A stretch of DNA of 64,000 nt, from positions 1,056,001-1,120,000 of the forward strand of contig CAXXUK010000002.1 of the NCBI GenBank assembly GCA_963665125.2. Reading direction: 5' to 3'. The stretch is from an uncultured Desulfarculus sp. (GTDB lineage Bacteria; Desulfobacterota; Desulfarculia; Desulfarculales; Desulfarculaceae). A program made the position numbers and the translations under genes. Each line of letters opens with the position of its first letter. The first letter of the stretch is position 1. The notes below the pieces were generated by a model. The model was not told the DNA's origin and did not search any database. It worked only from the letters and a program-made list of their open reading frames with translations. This document shows positions 49,689-59,296 of this stretch, one piece after another.

Positions 49689-51623
49689 GTGGCCAAAGGT
49701 AAACCCGTTCCCGAAAAATCCGGAAAAATGGAACTCGGCGGGCCTTGGGCTTGTTTGGCGGTGGTGTTAACCGTTTCGAGCCTTGCGTCAATTGGTTTGC
49801 CCCAGTGGGCCGCGGCGGTCCTGGGCCTGGCGGCAGTTGCCCTGCTGAGCTGGTTCAACGCCTTTTCCGGCCTCTTTTTGCTGGTTTGTTCGTTCGCCTT
49901 TTTCCTGGGCGAGTCGTACCACGCCTGGTATTTTCTGCTTCCGCTCATGGCCCTGATTTGGCTGATCGTGGCCACCATATCCCTATATCGCCGTGGCGCC
50001 GGGCCGAACTGGCGTCTGGTCTGGCCCGTGGTTTTGTTGCCGCTATCGGCCTTGATCAGCCTGCCGCTGATGGCCCGGGAAATCATCTGGGCTGTCCAGA
50101 CCCAACCCCTGGCCATCACCATCGAGCAGTTGCTGCTGCCGTCCCACACCTACCCCGTGTTCGGCCTGGCCTTTTTCGCTGATCTGGTTTTGTTGTGCTT
50201 GATGGTTCCGGTGATGGCCGCCTGTCTGGACCACGCCTCGGCCAGACACAAGCGTCAGGCCCTCCAGGCATTTACGGTGTTGGTGATCCTGTACTGTTTG
50301 TCCGCGCTGGCGGTGTTTCATTTTTCCAACAAGGCGTCGTACCTGGGCGTATCGTTGGTCGGGCATCTGCGGGCCGGAATAGCGGGCCTGGCCTATAACC
50401 GGGCCTATTTCGGGACATGGCTGGTGTGGTGCCTGCCTCTGTTGATTCTGGCCTATTGGCCCCGCAGGATGGACTTATTGCCCAGGGCGCTTGGGGCCTC
50501 GGCCGTGGTCCTGGTGCTGGTGTGCCTGGGCCTAAACGGCCAAAAGGCCAATATTCTGGCCTTGGCGGCGTTTCTGGCGGCTTTGGTAATGGTCTTGCCG
50601 CTGAAGAGAACCTGGATCAAGGCCGTCATCCTGGTAACGCCGCCCGCGTTGCTGCTGCTGTTGGACATCACCCTGCTCGGCGGATTCTTGTGGCACAAGA
50701 TAACCACCTTCGATCCCCTGCAAAACGTTTATTCCAAGACCTGGCAATTCGCCTGGGCCTTGTGGCGGGAAGACTGGCTGCTGGGCGTGGGCACGGGCTC
50801 CTATGCCTGGTGGGATGCCTGGGCCCTGGATTATGTGTCCCCTGAAAACTGGCACGCCCTGGGCAATGCCCACAGCCAGTGGATGCAGCTTTTAGCCGAG
50901 CAGGGCCTGGTGGGGCTATTCTCCTTTGTTTTCATTTTGGGCAACGGCTTTTGGTGCTGCCGTTTGGCCTGGCGGGGCAAAGGCGAAATACAGGCCTGCG
51001 TGGCCTTCATGGGGCTGGCCCTGGTCACGGCGAGCTGTTTTTGGCAGACGTTTTTGCACATCCGGCCCTTTGCCATGTGGTGGGCCCTATACATGGCCAT
51101 GGCCCTGTCCTGTTTGCCGCCTGAAAAGCGCCCCCATATAACCAGGCGAGGTGTCCTCGTCCTGGGCCTGATCCTAGCCTCGCTGTTGGTCCTGCGCGGG
51201 TACCAGATTTACGTCCGCCAGCCAAAGGCCGGATTCATGACCGGGGTCCATCTGGAAGAGCGCTTTGAAGGCGGCAGGGTGGGGCGTTGGGTTCACGGGC
51301 GCGGCGTGTGGGTGCTGCCGGACGCACACCGGAGTGAAAACCTGCATCTGGAGGTGGCCACGTTTTTGCCGTATGTGGCCGACAATCCCCAGAAGCTTGT
51401 GTTGTGGGTCTCCGGTGGCCGAAGGGTGACGGTGAAGCTCGATGACGCCAAGTGGCGCGCCGTGGAACTGCCCCTGCCCCAAGGCCGGGGGCCGGTGGTC
51501 CTGCACTTCAAAGCCAAATATGAGCTCAACCCGGCCAAACAGAGATGGTCAAAAGACAACCGCGATCTGAGCGCAGTCGTGGTCGTGGAAGGAACCGGCC
51601 GGCCCGGAGAGGCGCGGCCCTAA
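49689..51623 (+). CDS. O-antigen ligase-like (Wzy_C) membrane protein with C-terminal soluble domain
   Basis: Many TM, LLGVGTGSY, NAHSQWMQLLAEQGLVG. Confidence 0.82.
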   Translation: MAKGKPVPEKSGKMELGGPWACLAVVLTVSSLASIGLPQWAAAVLGLAAVALLSWFNAFSGLFLLVCSFAFFLGESYHAWYFLLPLMALIWLIVATISLYRRGAGPNWRLVWPVVLLPLSALISLPLMAREIIWAVQTQPLAITIEQLLLPSHTYPVFGLAFFADLVLLCLMVPVMAACLDHASARHKRQALQAFTVLVILYCLSALAVFHFSNKASYLGVSLVGHLRAGIAGLAYNRAYFGTWLVWCLPLLILAYWPRRMDLLPRALGASAVVLVLVCLGLNGQKANILALAAFLAALVMVLPLKRTWIKAVILVTPPALLLLLDITLLGGFLWHKITTFDPLQNVYSKTWQFAWALWREDWLLGVGTGSYAWWDAWALDYVSPENWHALGNAHSQWMQLLAEQGLVGLFSFVFILGNGFWCCRLAWRGKGEIQACVAFMGLALVTASCFWQTFLHIRPFAMWWALYMAMALSCLPPEKRPHITRRGVLVLGLILASLLVLRGYQIYVRQPKAGFMTGVHLEERFEGGRVGRWVHGRGVWVLPDAHRSENLHLEVATFLPYVADNPQKLVLWVSGGRRVTVKLDDAKWRAVELPLPQGRGPVVLHFKAKYELNPAKQRWSKDNRDLSAVVVVEGTGRPGEARP

Positions 51624-51724
51624 ACCAGGCCTTCGACGAAGCGGGGGAAATACTTGAAGGATTCGTTTTCCCTACACAGATCGGAGGTGGACCTGTCCGC
51701 CGCTTTTCGCAGGCCGTTCAGCAA

Positions 51725-52013
51725 AGCCTGGTCTTTACCGGCCTGCTCCGGGACAAAGGCGTTGGGATTTCCATGGATGGCCGTCGGGGGGCCTGGGGGC
51801 CTGGGGGCCTGGATGGACAATGTTTTTATCGAGCGGTTATGGTGGCCGCTCAAGTACGAATGCATCTATATCAATGAATTTGAAGACGGCAAGACCCTGA
51901 GAAAGGGGCTGGGAGCCTGGATCGACTTTTATAACACCCGGCGGGGCCATTCCTCGTTGAATAACCGCACCCCAATCAAGCCGCTAAACTGTCCAGCAAT
52001 TGCGGACCACCGC
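51725..52013 (+). pseudogene. IS3-family transposase C-terminal remnant, frameshifted
   Basis: FTGLL...ISMDGR in one frame, WMDNVFIERLW..LKYE...FYN..R.HSSL...TP in another; IR-like end CTGTCCAGCAATTGCGGACCACC. Confidence 0.85.
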
Positions 52014-52288
52014 TCGGACTGAATAGCCAATTTTTCATTCTTGCCAGGAAAAGAAGTTGACTCAAAGACCGGTCGCATCGTATAGAGACCAAATAATTTG
52101 TGTTTAGGTGGCCCCTGCGGGAGCCGGAAGGATCATCAGCGTTTTGCTGTCTCTGCGGGGCAGATTGGCGTAGATTCTCATACGTCTGAATTCTGTGTGA
52201 AAAAACCTTCCTTGATCTCAGTGCGGCGAATGGATCGGGTAGTTTCCTTATTTGTATGATCTGCGAGTCGTTTCCACGAGGGATTACT

Positions 52289-53113
52289 ATGTTTGATTAC
52301 GTGTTGCCTGATTTGGTTTCGGACGTTGTTCGAGACAATGTGTATAAATCCCAAGATGTTTATAGAGATTTGTTTGACCGGTTTCCCGCCGATAAAATCG
52401 CTCTGGCTTGGACGGGAGGCAAGGATAGCACGCTGGCTCTCTGGATCTACCTGCTAACGGTCAGTGAAAATTCCCTGCCCATGCCCAAGGTTCTGTTTAT
52501 CGATGAAGGCGACGTTTTTGACGAGATTTACGATGTCGTCGATCGCGTAGTTGATAAAACAGGGATTCACGTTTCGATTCGTAAAAATGATGACATAATC
52601 TCGCGAGCCGGAGGGATGTTGGCTGAAGTGACGGTCGCCGAGCTGTCTTCACGGAACCGGGCCGAGATCGCCAAGCTTGGATATACCGAGCCGGTTTTTG
52701 CTTTTGATCCGGAGTCGTCTGTCGGCAATCACCTGATGAAAACGGTTGTCCTCAACAGTTTCATCGAAGAGCAAGGCATCGAGGCTGTCGTTACGGCGTT
52801 GAGATGGGATGAACAGACCGCCCGGCAGGCCGAAACCTATTTCAGCGACCGCACTGAACCTGCGCACACCAGGGTGCACCCCATTCTTCATTTCACAGAG
52901 AGAATGGTCTGGCAAGCCACCCGGGAGATGGGTATTCCTTACTGCTCGCTATACAAGCGGGGCTACCGTTCGTTGGGCACCAAAAGCGGAACCATGACAG
53001 TCTCGGATATACCAGCATGGGAGCAGGACCTGGAAAACACGAGCGAACGGGAGGGGCGCGACCAGGGCAAGGAAGCTATCATGGCGCAGTTGCGGTCCTT
53101 GGGATATATGTAA
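52289..53113 (+). CDS. PAPS-reductase-fold protein, CysD-like (sulfate adenylyltransferase subunit 2)
   Basis: TGGKDS PP-loop, RWDE, RVHPI, GYRSLG, ER.GR.Q.KE..M..LR.LGYM; no reductase Cys motifs. Confidence 0.8.
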   Translation: MFDYVLPDLVSDVVRDNVYKSQDVYRDLFDRFPADKIALAWTGGKDSTLALWIYLLTVSENSLPMPKVLFIDEGDVFDEIYDVVDRVVDKTGIHVSIRKNDDIISRAGGMLAEVTVAELSSRNRAEIAKLGYTEPVFAFDPESSVGNHLMKTVVLNSFIEEQGIEAVVTALRWDEQTARQAETYFSDRTEPAHTRVHPILHFTERMVWQATREMGIPYCSLYKRGYRSLGTKSGTMTVSDIPAWEQDLENTSEREGRDQGKEAIMAQLRSLGYM

Positions 53114-53114
53114 C

Positions 53115-54422
53115 ATGGCCTTGACCTCTTTTTTCGGTAAAAAAAAGAGACGCGTCGTCGTACTTGGCCTCGACGGAGTTCCCTATTCACTGTTGACCGG
53201 ACTCAACGAAAAACAGGATATCATGCCGTTTTTCAGGCGATTGGTCCGTAACGGTGCGTTTCATCCCATTGAAGCTTCCACACCGGAAATATCGTCGGTC
53301 AGTTGGACGAACTTCGCCACCGGAGTCAATCCCGGAACCCACGGAATTTACGGGTTTACCGATTTTGAACCCGGCTCTTACAAATTCTGCTTCCCGGACT
53401 CCACCAGCATCAAAGCCCCGACCCTGTGGCAGACGTTGTCCGGCCGTAACAAACGCTCCGTGATCATCAACCTCCCAGCTACCTATCCTGTTCAACCCTT
53501 TAACGGGGCTATGATATCCGGATTTGTCTCTCCCAATATTGATATGTCAGTTCACCCGCGCAGCTTGCTGCCCTTCCTGAAACAGATAGGGTATCAGGTG
53601 GATATGAACCTGGCCCAGGCACGAAATGATCCGGACTACCTGGATCAGGCCCTGCATCAGACCCTAAGGCAGCGCAGACAAGTGGCGGAGAAACTATGGA
53701 CGGAAGAAGACTGGGAACTGTTCATTCTGGTGGTCACCGGTACGGACCGCCTTCATCATTTCCAGTTTGACGCGTCCCTAGAAACGAGCCATCCATTTCA
53801 CGATCGTTTCATGAAATATTATCGGGCGGTGGATGATCTGATCGCCTGGGTTCACGGGAAGTTCACCGAGGATTGTCACAAAGACAGCCTTTTCATCATG
53901 CTGTCCGACCATGGCTTTACCGCCGTCAAAAGGGAGGTTTACCTCAACACCTTCCTCCAAAAACGCGGCTATCTAGCGTACTCCGAACCATCCCCGCAAA
54001 CCATACAGTCCATTGGACCGGGCTCCAGGGCTTTCGCCATGGACCCTTCTCGCATCTATATTAACCGCAAAGGGCGCTATCCCTTGGGGGAAGTCGCCGC
54101 AGATGAAGTCGAGGCCCTGACGATGGAGTTGCGGGAAGAGCTTGCGGGTATTACTTGTGAAGGAGAACCGGTCATACGTAATGTGTATACCCGGGACGAG
54201 TTGTATTCCGGTCCGTGGACCGAAGCTGCTCCCGACCTGGTCTTGATCAGCCACCCAGGGTTCGACCTCAAGGCGAATGTCACGCATGATGATGTCTTTG
54301 GCCGAAGCGCCCTGACAGGCATGCATACTAGGGACAACGCTTTCTGTTACATGAACGGAACCTCGACGCCCGTGAAAAACGTGATTGATTTTGCACCAAT
54401 CATCCTGGATTTTCTGTCATGA
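53115..54422 (+). CDS. Alkaline phosphatase superfamily (nucleotide pyrophosphatase-like) protein, cytoplasmic
   Basis: VLGLDG, PEISSVSW...TGVNPG.HG, DRLHH, SDHGF, GMH; no signal peptide. Confidence 0.88.
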   Translation: MALTSFFGKKKRRVVVLGLDGVPYSLLTGLNEKQDIMPFFRRLVRNGAFHPIEASTPEISSVSWTNFATGVNPGTHGIYGFTDFEPGSYKFCFPDSTSIKAPTLWQTLSGRNKRSVIINLPATYPVQPFNGAMISGFVSPNIDMSVHPRSLLPFLKQIGYQVDMNLAQARNDPDYLDQALHQTLRQRRQVAEKLWTEEDWELFILVVTGTDRLHHFQFDASLETSHPFHDRFMKYYRAVDDLIAWVHGKFTEDCHKDSLFIMLSDHGFTAVKREVYLNTFLQKRGYLAYSEPSPQTIQSIGPGSRAFAMDPSRIYINRKGRYPLGEVAADEVEALTMELREELAGITCEGEPVIRNVYTRDELYSGPWTEAAPDLVLISHPGFDLKANVTHDDVFGRSALTGMHTRDNAFCYMNGTSTPVKNVIDFAPIILDFLS

Positions 54423-55471
54423 CGACAGGTTATACCATGGCCACGACTGAATTGAAAAATACGAAGACTGACTGTAAAGAACCGGCCGCCGGAAAGGCGG
54501 GGCTCTCCGTGGTTGTGCCGGCCCATAACGAAGAAGGTAACATAATCGAACTGGTGGAACGTTTCGACACCCTGAAGCGGAACCATTCTTACATCGACCT
54601 TGAAGTCATATTCGTTGATGACGGCAGCACCGATGGAACCTATGAAAAGATGAACCACTGCCGCGAGTCGCATGATTTCATCAGCATCATCCGATTTCGC
54701 CGCAATCAAGGCCTCACCTCGGCACTAAACGCTGGCTTCCATGCCGCCAGGCACGAGTTCCTCGCCTTCTACCCTGCGGATTTGCAGTATCTGCCGGAAG
54801 ACTTGGCCGTGTTGGTGGCCCCGCTGATCGAGCGCGATGACGTAGATATCGTTTGTGGAAAGCGAATCGGCGAATATAAGAAATGGTTCATATCCAAAAT
54901 TTATTCACATTTCAGCAGGTTGTTCTTCAACGTCAAGGTTACTGACCAGAATAGTGTCAAGGTCTTCCGGCGCGCGCTGATCGACGAACTCTGCCTTCGT
55001 TCCAGCATGCACCGCTACATCGTGGCGGTGGCCAGTTACAAGGGATACCGGATCGTCGAGGTGCCGATCAACCTGTACCCCAGGAAATGGGGGCGCAGCA
55101 AGTTTTTCGATCCCTTACGGGTGGTCTCAGGCATACTGGATCTGATTTCCATCAAATTCGAACTCACCTTCCTGGACCGGCCAATGGTATTTTTCGGTGG
55201 AATGGGTATTATGCTCATTTTTATCGGGCTCCTCGTCGGAGCGTCCTATTACCCGTTAAGGGTGTTGGGGTTGATCACATCACCAGCCAAGTTTACATTC
55301 TTCATCACGTCCTGGGGGGCGATCCTCAGCGGCATCATGCTGTTCTGCTTCGGTTTTATCAGTGATTTTATTCTCAGGGTTGTCGGTAACAATACCAATA
55401 CGGCCTCAGTGTTATCGTATCAACCATGCCGGGCCCAACAAAACGAGAAAGATACTTCGGCATGCGAATAG
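54419..55471 (+). CDS. Glycosyltransferase family 2, polyprenol-phosphate (ArnC/DPM1-like) type
   Basis: VVPAHNE, VDDGSTD, ADLQ, R..GRSK, two C-terminal TM. Confidence 0.9.
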   Translation: MTTGYTMATTELKNTKTDCKEPAAGKAGLSVVVPAHNEEGNIIELVERFDTLKRNHSYIDLEVIFVDDGSTDGTYEKMNHCRESHDFISIIRFRRNQGLTSALNAGFHAARHEFLAFYPADLQYLPEDLAVLVAPLIERDDVDIVCGKRIGEYKKWFISKIYSHFSRLFFNVKVTDQNSVKVFRRALIDELCLRSSMHRYIVAVASYKGYRIVEVPINLYPRKWGRSKFFDPLRVVSGILDLISIKFELTFLDRPMVFFGGMGIMLIFIGLLVGASYYPLRVLGLITSPAKFTFFITSWGAILSGIMLFCFGFISDFILRVVGNNTNTASVLSYQPCRAQQNEKDTSACE

Positions 55472-56874
55472 TTCTGGTTTTCCCACCATGGCTGGAGACG
55501 TATGGTCGATTCGCCAGCGCTGCCAAGGTGGGATGCGTCACAATCCCCTTGGGCCTGTGTTATCTGGCCGCCGCCTGTAAGCAGGCGGGCCACGACGTTA
55601 CCATTATGGACGCCCAGACCGACATGCTGGACGTGAATATGTGCGTCGACCAGTTGCTGGGCATGGCGCCCGACGTGGTGGGAATATCTTCGACTACGCC
55701 CATCTATCACAATGCCCTGTCCATAGCCAAGGGCGTCAAGTCGCGAAGCGACATCCCGGTTGTCATGGGGGGCGTTCATCCGTCCATTGCCCGGGAAGCG
55801 GTGCTGGAAGACAGTCCCGAGGTCGACTTCGCCATGGTCGGTGAATGCGAACGCTCTCTGCCTCACTTTCTCGAAGTGTTGGGGGGGGAAGGCGATTACG
55901 CCGATGTATCGGGCCTGATCTATCGCCGGGGAGAGGAGATTCTTTCCAACCCGGTTGAATTTATCTCCGATCTGGACGCCATCCCCTTTCCGGACCGTAG
56001 CAGCCTTCCCCAGGATCTCTACATCCGTTCCGTCCCGGGAGTCGGCCTGGTGAGGTATACTGACTTTTTCTCTTCCCGCGGCTGCCCCTTTCGCTGCATC
56101 TTCTGTTCCGCCCATACCATCGCCGGCCGTAAAATCCGGTACCGTTCCATCCCGAACGTGATTGAAGAGATCGGCGAGTTGGTCGAAACATACAACGTCC
56201 GGCATATCGCCATCATGGACGAGAACTTCTGCCTGAGCGAGGAGCGTGTCGTCGAGTTCCGCGACGCCGTAAAGGCTTCGGGACTGTCGTTCACCTGGGA
56301 GGGAATGAGTCATGTGTCGACCGTGACTCGCGGGGCCATGAAGGCCATGAAGGATTCCGGTCTGGTAAGAATGTCGTTCGGCATCGAGAGCGGAAACCCT
56401 GAAATACTAAAGGTCATCCGTAAAAAAACAACTCTGGATCAGGTGCGACTGGCTTACGAAATGGCGGCGGAAGTGGGGGTCGAACGAAGGGGCTCTGCCA
56501 TTATCGGTCATCCGTACGAAACTAAGAAGACCGCCATGGACACTATTAATTTCCTGGTCGGCCTGAAGGAATGCCAACAGGTCTACCTCAACATCGCCAC
56601 GCCCTATCCGGGGACCGAGATGTGGGAGTGCGCCGTATCGGGCCGCGGTGGCATGAAACTGTTGACCAAGGACTTTTCTAAATATCAGCGGTACGGGCGT
56701 CCGGTGATTGAAGTCAATGATCTGACCGCCGATGACTTAGTCCGGCTCCAGCGATGGGGCCTGATCAAGTTTTACATTCAACCCCGTCGCTTTTACTACA
56801 ACCTCAAACGAGCTGGCTTTAAGGCTGGATTCCGGAACGCGCTCGCCTTTGCCAAGAGCATCGTCAAGGGGTGA
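55462..56874 (+). CDS. Cobalamin-binding-domain radical SAM protein 1
   Basis: PLGLCYLAA, GGVHP, SRGCPFRCIFC, GIESG, PYPGT. Confidence 0.92.
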   Translation: MRIVLVFPPWLETYGRFASAAKVGCVTIPLGLCYLAAACKQAGHDVTIMDAQTDMLDVNMCVDQLLGMAPDVVGISSTTPIYHNALSIAKGVKSRSDIPVVMGGVHPSIAREAVLEDSPEVDFAMVGECERSLPHFLEVLGGEGDYADVSGLIYRRGEEILSNPVEFISDLDAIPFPDRSSLPQDLYIRSVPGVGLVRYTDFFSSRGCPFRCIFCSAHTIAGRKIRYRSIPNVIEEIGELVETYNVRHIAIMDENFCLSEERVVEFRDAVKASGLSFTWEGMSHVSTVTRGAMKAMKDSGLVRMSFGIESGNPEILKVIRKKTTLDQVRLAYEMAAEVGVERRGSAIIGHPYETKKTAMDTINFLVGLKECQQVYLNIATPYPGTEMWECAVSGRGGMKLLTKDFSKYQRYGRPVIEVNDLTADDLVRLQRWGLIKFYIQPRRFYYNLKRAGFKAGFRNALAFAKSIVKG

Positions 56875-56879
56875 CAGCA

Positions 56880-58340
56880 ATGAATGTACTGGTGCTGAAT
56901 CCCCCGAGTAAGACCCAACGCAATGTGATGCGGGATGTGATCTATGGTTGCTGGTGCAAGGGCCGACGAGTCGGCGGCCTCAAACTACCGCCGCTGGGAC
57001 TGCTTCTAACGGCCACCGTGTTGAAGGAAGACGGGTTCAATGTCACCCTCGTGGACGGCGGCCTGAGCGGCCTAGACTATGATGGCCTAATGGCCCGGTC
57101 CCGGGATTACGATGCCGTGGTATCGACGACCAGTTCCCATACGATCATTGAGGACAGCGCATGCCTTTCTGAGATGAAGGAGAGGAATCCAGATCTTGTC
57201 AGTCTCGTCTTCGGTCCGCGGCCTACCTTTTTGCCTGAGTTAGTACTGAAAGAGGACGCCTACGATATTTGCATTCAGCGGGAGCCCGATTTCATCATCA
57301 GGGATGTGTTGCGAGCCATGCGGGATCAGGGATTTGAGTCCGCCAGCTGGCGTTCTACCAAAGGAATCTCATTTTGTGACGAAGAGGGCCGGGTCATAAC
57401 CAATGAACCCTATCCCCTCATTAATGACCTGGATGTGCTGCCCTTTGCCGACCGGTCCATGCTTCCCGACAAGGTAGACTATTTTAACCCGGTGGCCCTC
57501 CGTTTTCCAATGACCACAATGATGGTCTCTCGGGGCTGTCCGGCCAGGTGCACCTTCTGCCTGTCCCCGTATTTTTACGGCAATACGGTTCGTTATCGTT
57601 CCACCGAAAACATCATGGAGGAACTAAGGACTGTCCGTGCGCAGGGATACAAAGAGGTCTTTTTTCGGGATGAAACTTTCACCGCCAGCAGAAAACGGAT
57701 CATGGCCCTCTGTCGGGCCATGATTGATGAGAATATCGACCTGACCTGGACCGCCAACGCACGGGTGGGCATGCTTGACAGGGAGATGGCGGCCCTAATG
57801 AAAAAGGCGGGCTGCCACACGATTAAGTTCGGTGTCGAATCTGGGAGCCAGGTTATTCTGGATCGCATCCGAAAAGGCATCAATCTGGAAAAAGCAGAGG
57901 AAACGTACCGCTGGCTAGAGCGGATGGGCATCAATACTCACGCCCATTTCATGATCGGGCATCCCGGAGAGACCGCGGCCGACTTCGAACAGACCATCGC
58001 CCTGCTCAAACGCCTGCGTGCGACCACGATCTCCATCGGCGTGATGACCCCCTACCCGGGCACGCCTCAGTTCGACGCCTTGGCTGAAAAGCATCCCGAG
58101 GTTCTCGATCCGAGGCACGCCAGTTTCGACGCTAAGGACAGCGGATACCTCGCTTCCTTGGGTGCCGACATGACTGCCCGGCAGATCGAACAGGGCGTCA
58201 AACGCGCTTATCGAACGTTCTATATGCGACCCGGATATTTAGCCCGGTGGCTGCTTCGCATCAAAACGCTGGACGATTTTAAACGGTTGACTCTGGCCGG
58301 GTCGCAGGTGTTCGGCTTTATTTTCGCTGATGACAATTGA
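56880..58340 (+). CDS. Cobalamin-binding-domain radical SAM protein 2
   Basis: PPLGL, SRGCPARCTFC, FRDETF, GVESG, PYPGT; extra N-terminal GCWC. Confidence 0.92.
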   Translation: MNVLVLNPPSKTQRNVMRDVIYGCWCKGRRVGGLKLPPLGLLLTATVLKEDGFNVTLVDGGLSGLDYDGLMARSRDYDAVVSTTSSHTIIEDSACLSEMKERNPDLVSLVFGPRPTFLPELVLKEDAYDICIQREPDFIIRDVLRAMRDQGFESASWRSTKGISFCDEEGRVITNEPYPLINDLDVLPFADRSMLPDKVDYFNPVALRFPMTTMMVSRGCPARCTFCLSPYFYGNTVRYRSTENIMEELRTVRAQGYKEVFFRDETFTASRKRIMALCRAMIDENIDLTWTANARVGMLDREMAALMKKAGCHTIKFGVESGSQVILDRIRKGINLEKAEETYRWLERMGINTHAHFMIGHPGETAADFEQTIALLKRLRATTISIGVMTPYPGTPQFDALAEKHPEVLDPRHASFDAKDSGYLASLGADMTARQIEQGVKRAYRTFYMRPGYLARWLLRIKTLDDFKRLTLAGSQVFGFIFADDN

Positions 58341-59295
58341 GCCGAACAAGTTCGCCCCTCCCCCAGAGAGGGTGGGCACCGTTAGTGTGGACATGGACGG
58401 GCTCCCTATTATGCTGCGTCAACGCGGTTTTACTCCCTTGCCGGGGGTGGACCTTGATATCGTATACACACGAGGTCTGCCACGCCTGCTGGACCTATTC
58501 GACACCTACGGTATTAAGGCCACATTCTTCATAAACGGCCGGGACACGGATAGGTCCCCCGAATCGGCGGACTTGGCCAGGGAGGCATTCCGGAAAGGCC
58601 ATGAGATTGCCAATCACGGCTACGAGCACTTGCCGTTCCTAACTAGGGCCCCGCGCGAACAGGTGGAAGAGGAGATTAAAAGGGGGGAAGAGGCCATCGA
58701 AAGGCTGATCGGTGAAAAACCGGTTGGGTTTCGGGCGCCGGATTGGAACATCACCCCCTTGGTTATGGAAGTTCTTGAGGAGCGGGGGTATCGGTACGAC
58801 TCATCCGTACTTCCGACATTCCACCGCTTTCTGTTCCAATTTTTACATTGGAAAAACAACAACTATCGGCGTCATCCAACGCTGGGCAGCCCCTGGACCC
58901 AGATGTTGGCCCCTTTGACCCCGTACCATCCGGGAGGCTCCCCAGGCAGACTGGGTGCAAAGCGGATCATTGAACTACCCTTGACCGTTTCCCCTATGCT
59001 GCGCGTCCCTTTCTGGGGAACATCTTTTATGAAGTTCGGCCGCAAGAGCCTTGACAGCATATTGTCCTCAACAAAGCGGGCTGGCCTGGGGTACTTCAAT
59101 TTCCTGATGCATGGAATAGACTTGGTCGCCCCTGAAGAGATCGGCGATCCGCGCCTAGCCGGCAAGCCGGGGGCAAAAAGAGCGTTGAAAGATAAAATGG
59201 CTGACTGGCATTATCTGCTGGAGCGCATGTCAAACGAATACCGTCTTATAACCTGCGTTCAGGTGGTGGAGCACAGCTCTAAGCGAGGTTATTGA
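58330..59295 (+). CDS. Polysaccharide deacetylase (CE4) family
   Basis: SVDMD, ATFF, HEIANHGYEH, GFRAP, YDSS. Confidence 0.9.
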   Translation: MTIEPNKFAPPPERVGTVSVDMDGLPIMLRQRGFTPLPGVDLDIVYTRGLPRLLDLFDTYGIKATFFINGRDTDRSPESADLAREAFRKGHEIANHGYEHLPFLTRAPREQVEEEIKRGEEAIERLIGEKPVGFRAPDWNITPLVMEVLEERGYRYDSSVLPTFHRFLFQFLHWKNNNYRRHPTLGSPWTQMLAPLTPYHPGGSPGRLGAKRIIELPLTVSPMLRVPFWGTSFMKFGRKSLDSILSSTKRAGLGYFNFLMHGIDLVAPEEIGDPRLAGKPGAKRALKDKMADWHYLLERMSNEYRLITCVQVVEHSSKRGY

Positions 59296-59296
59296 T

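Noticed and set aside
52105..52175. ops/JUMPstart-like element or leader RNA before the cassette
   Set aside because: Hairpin and GGCGTAG present but no GGCGGTAG match; insufficient support
52289..53113. CysH reductase or DndC-type phosphorothioation/defence gene
   Set aside because: Lacks reductase cysteines; no dnd/ssp partners; context is glycan synthesis with cysC
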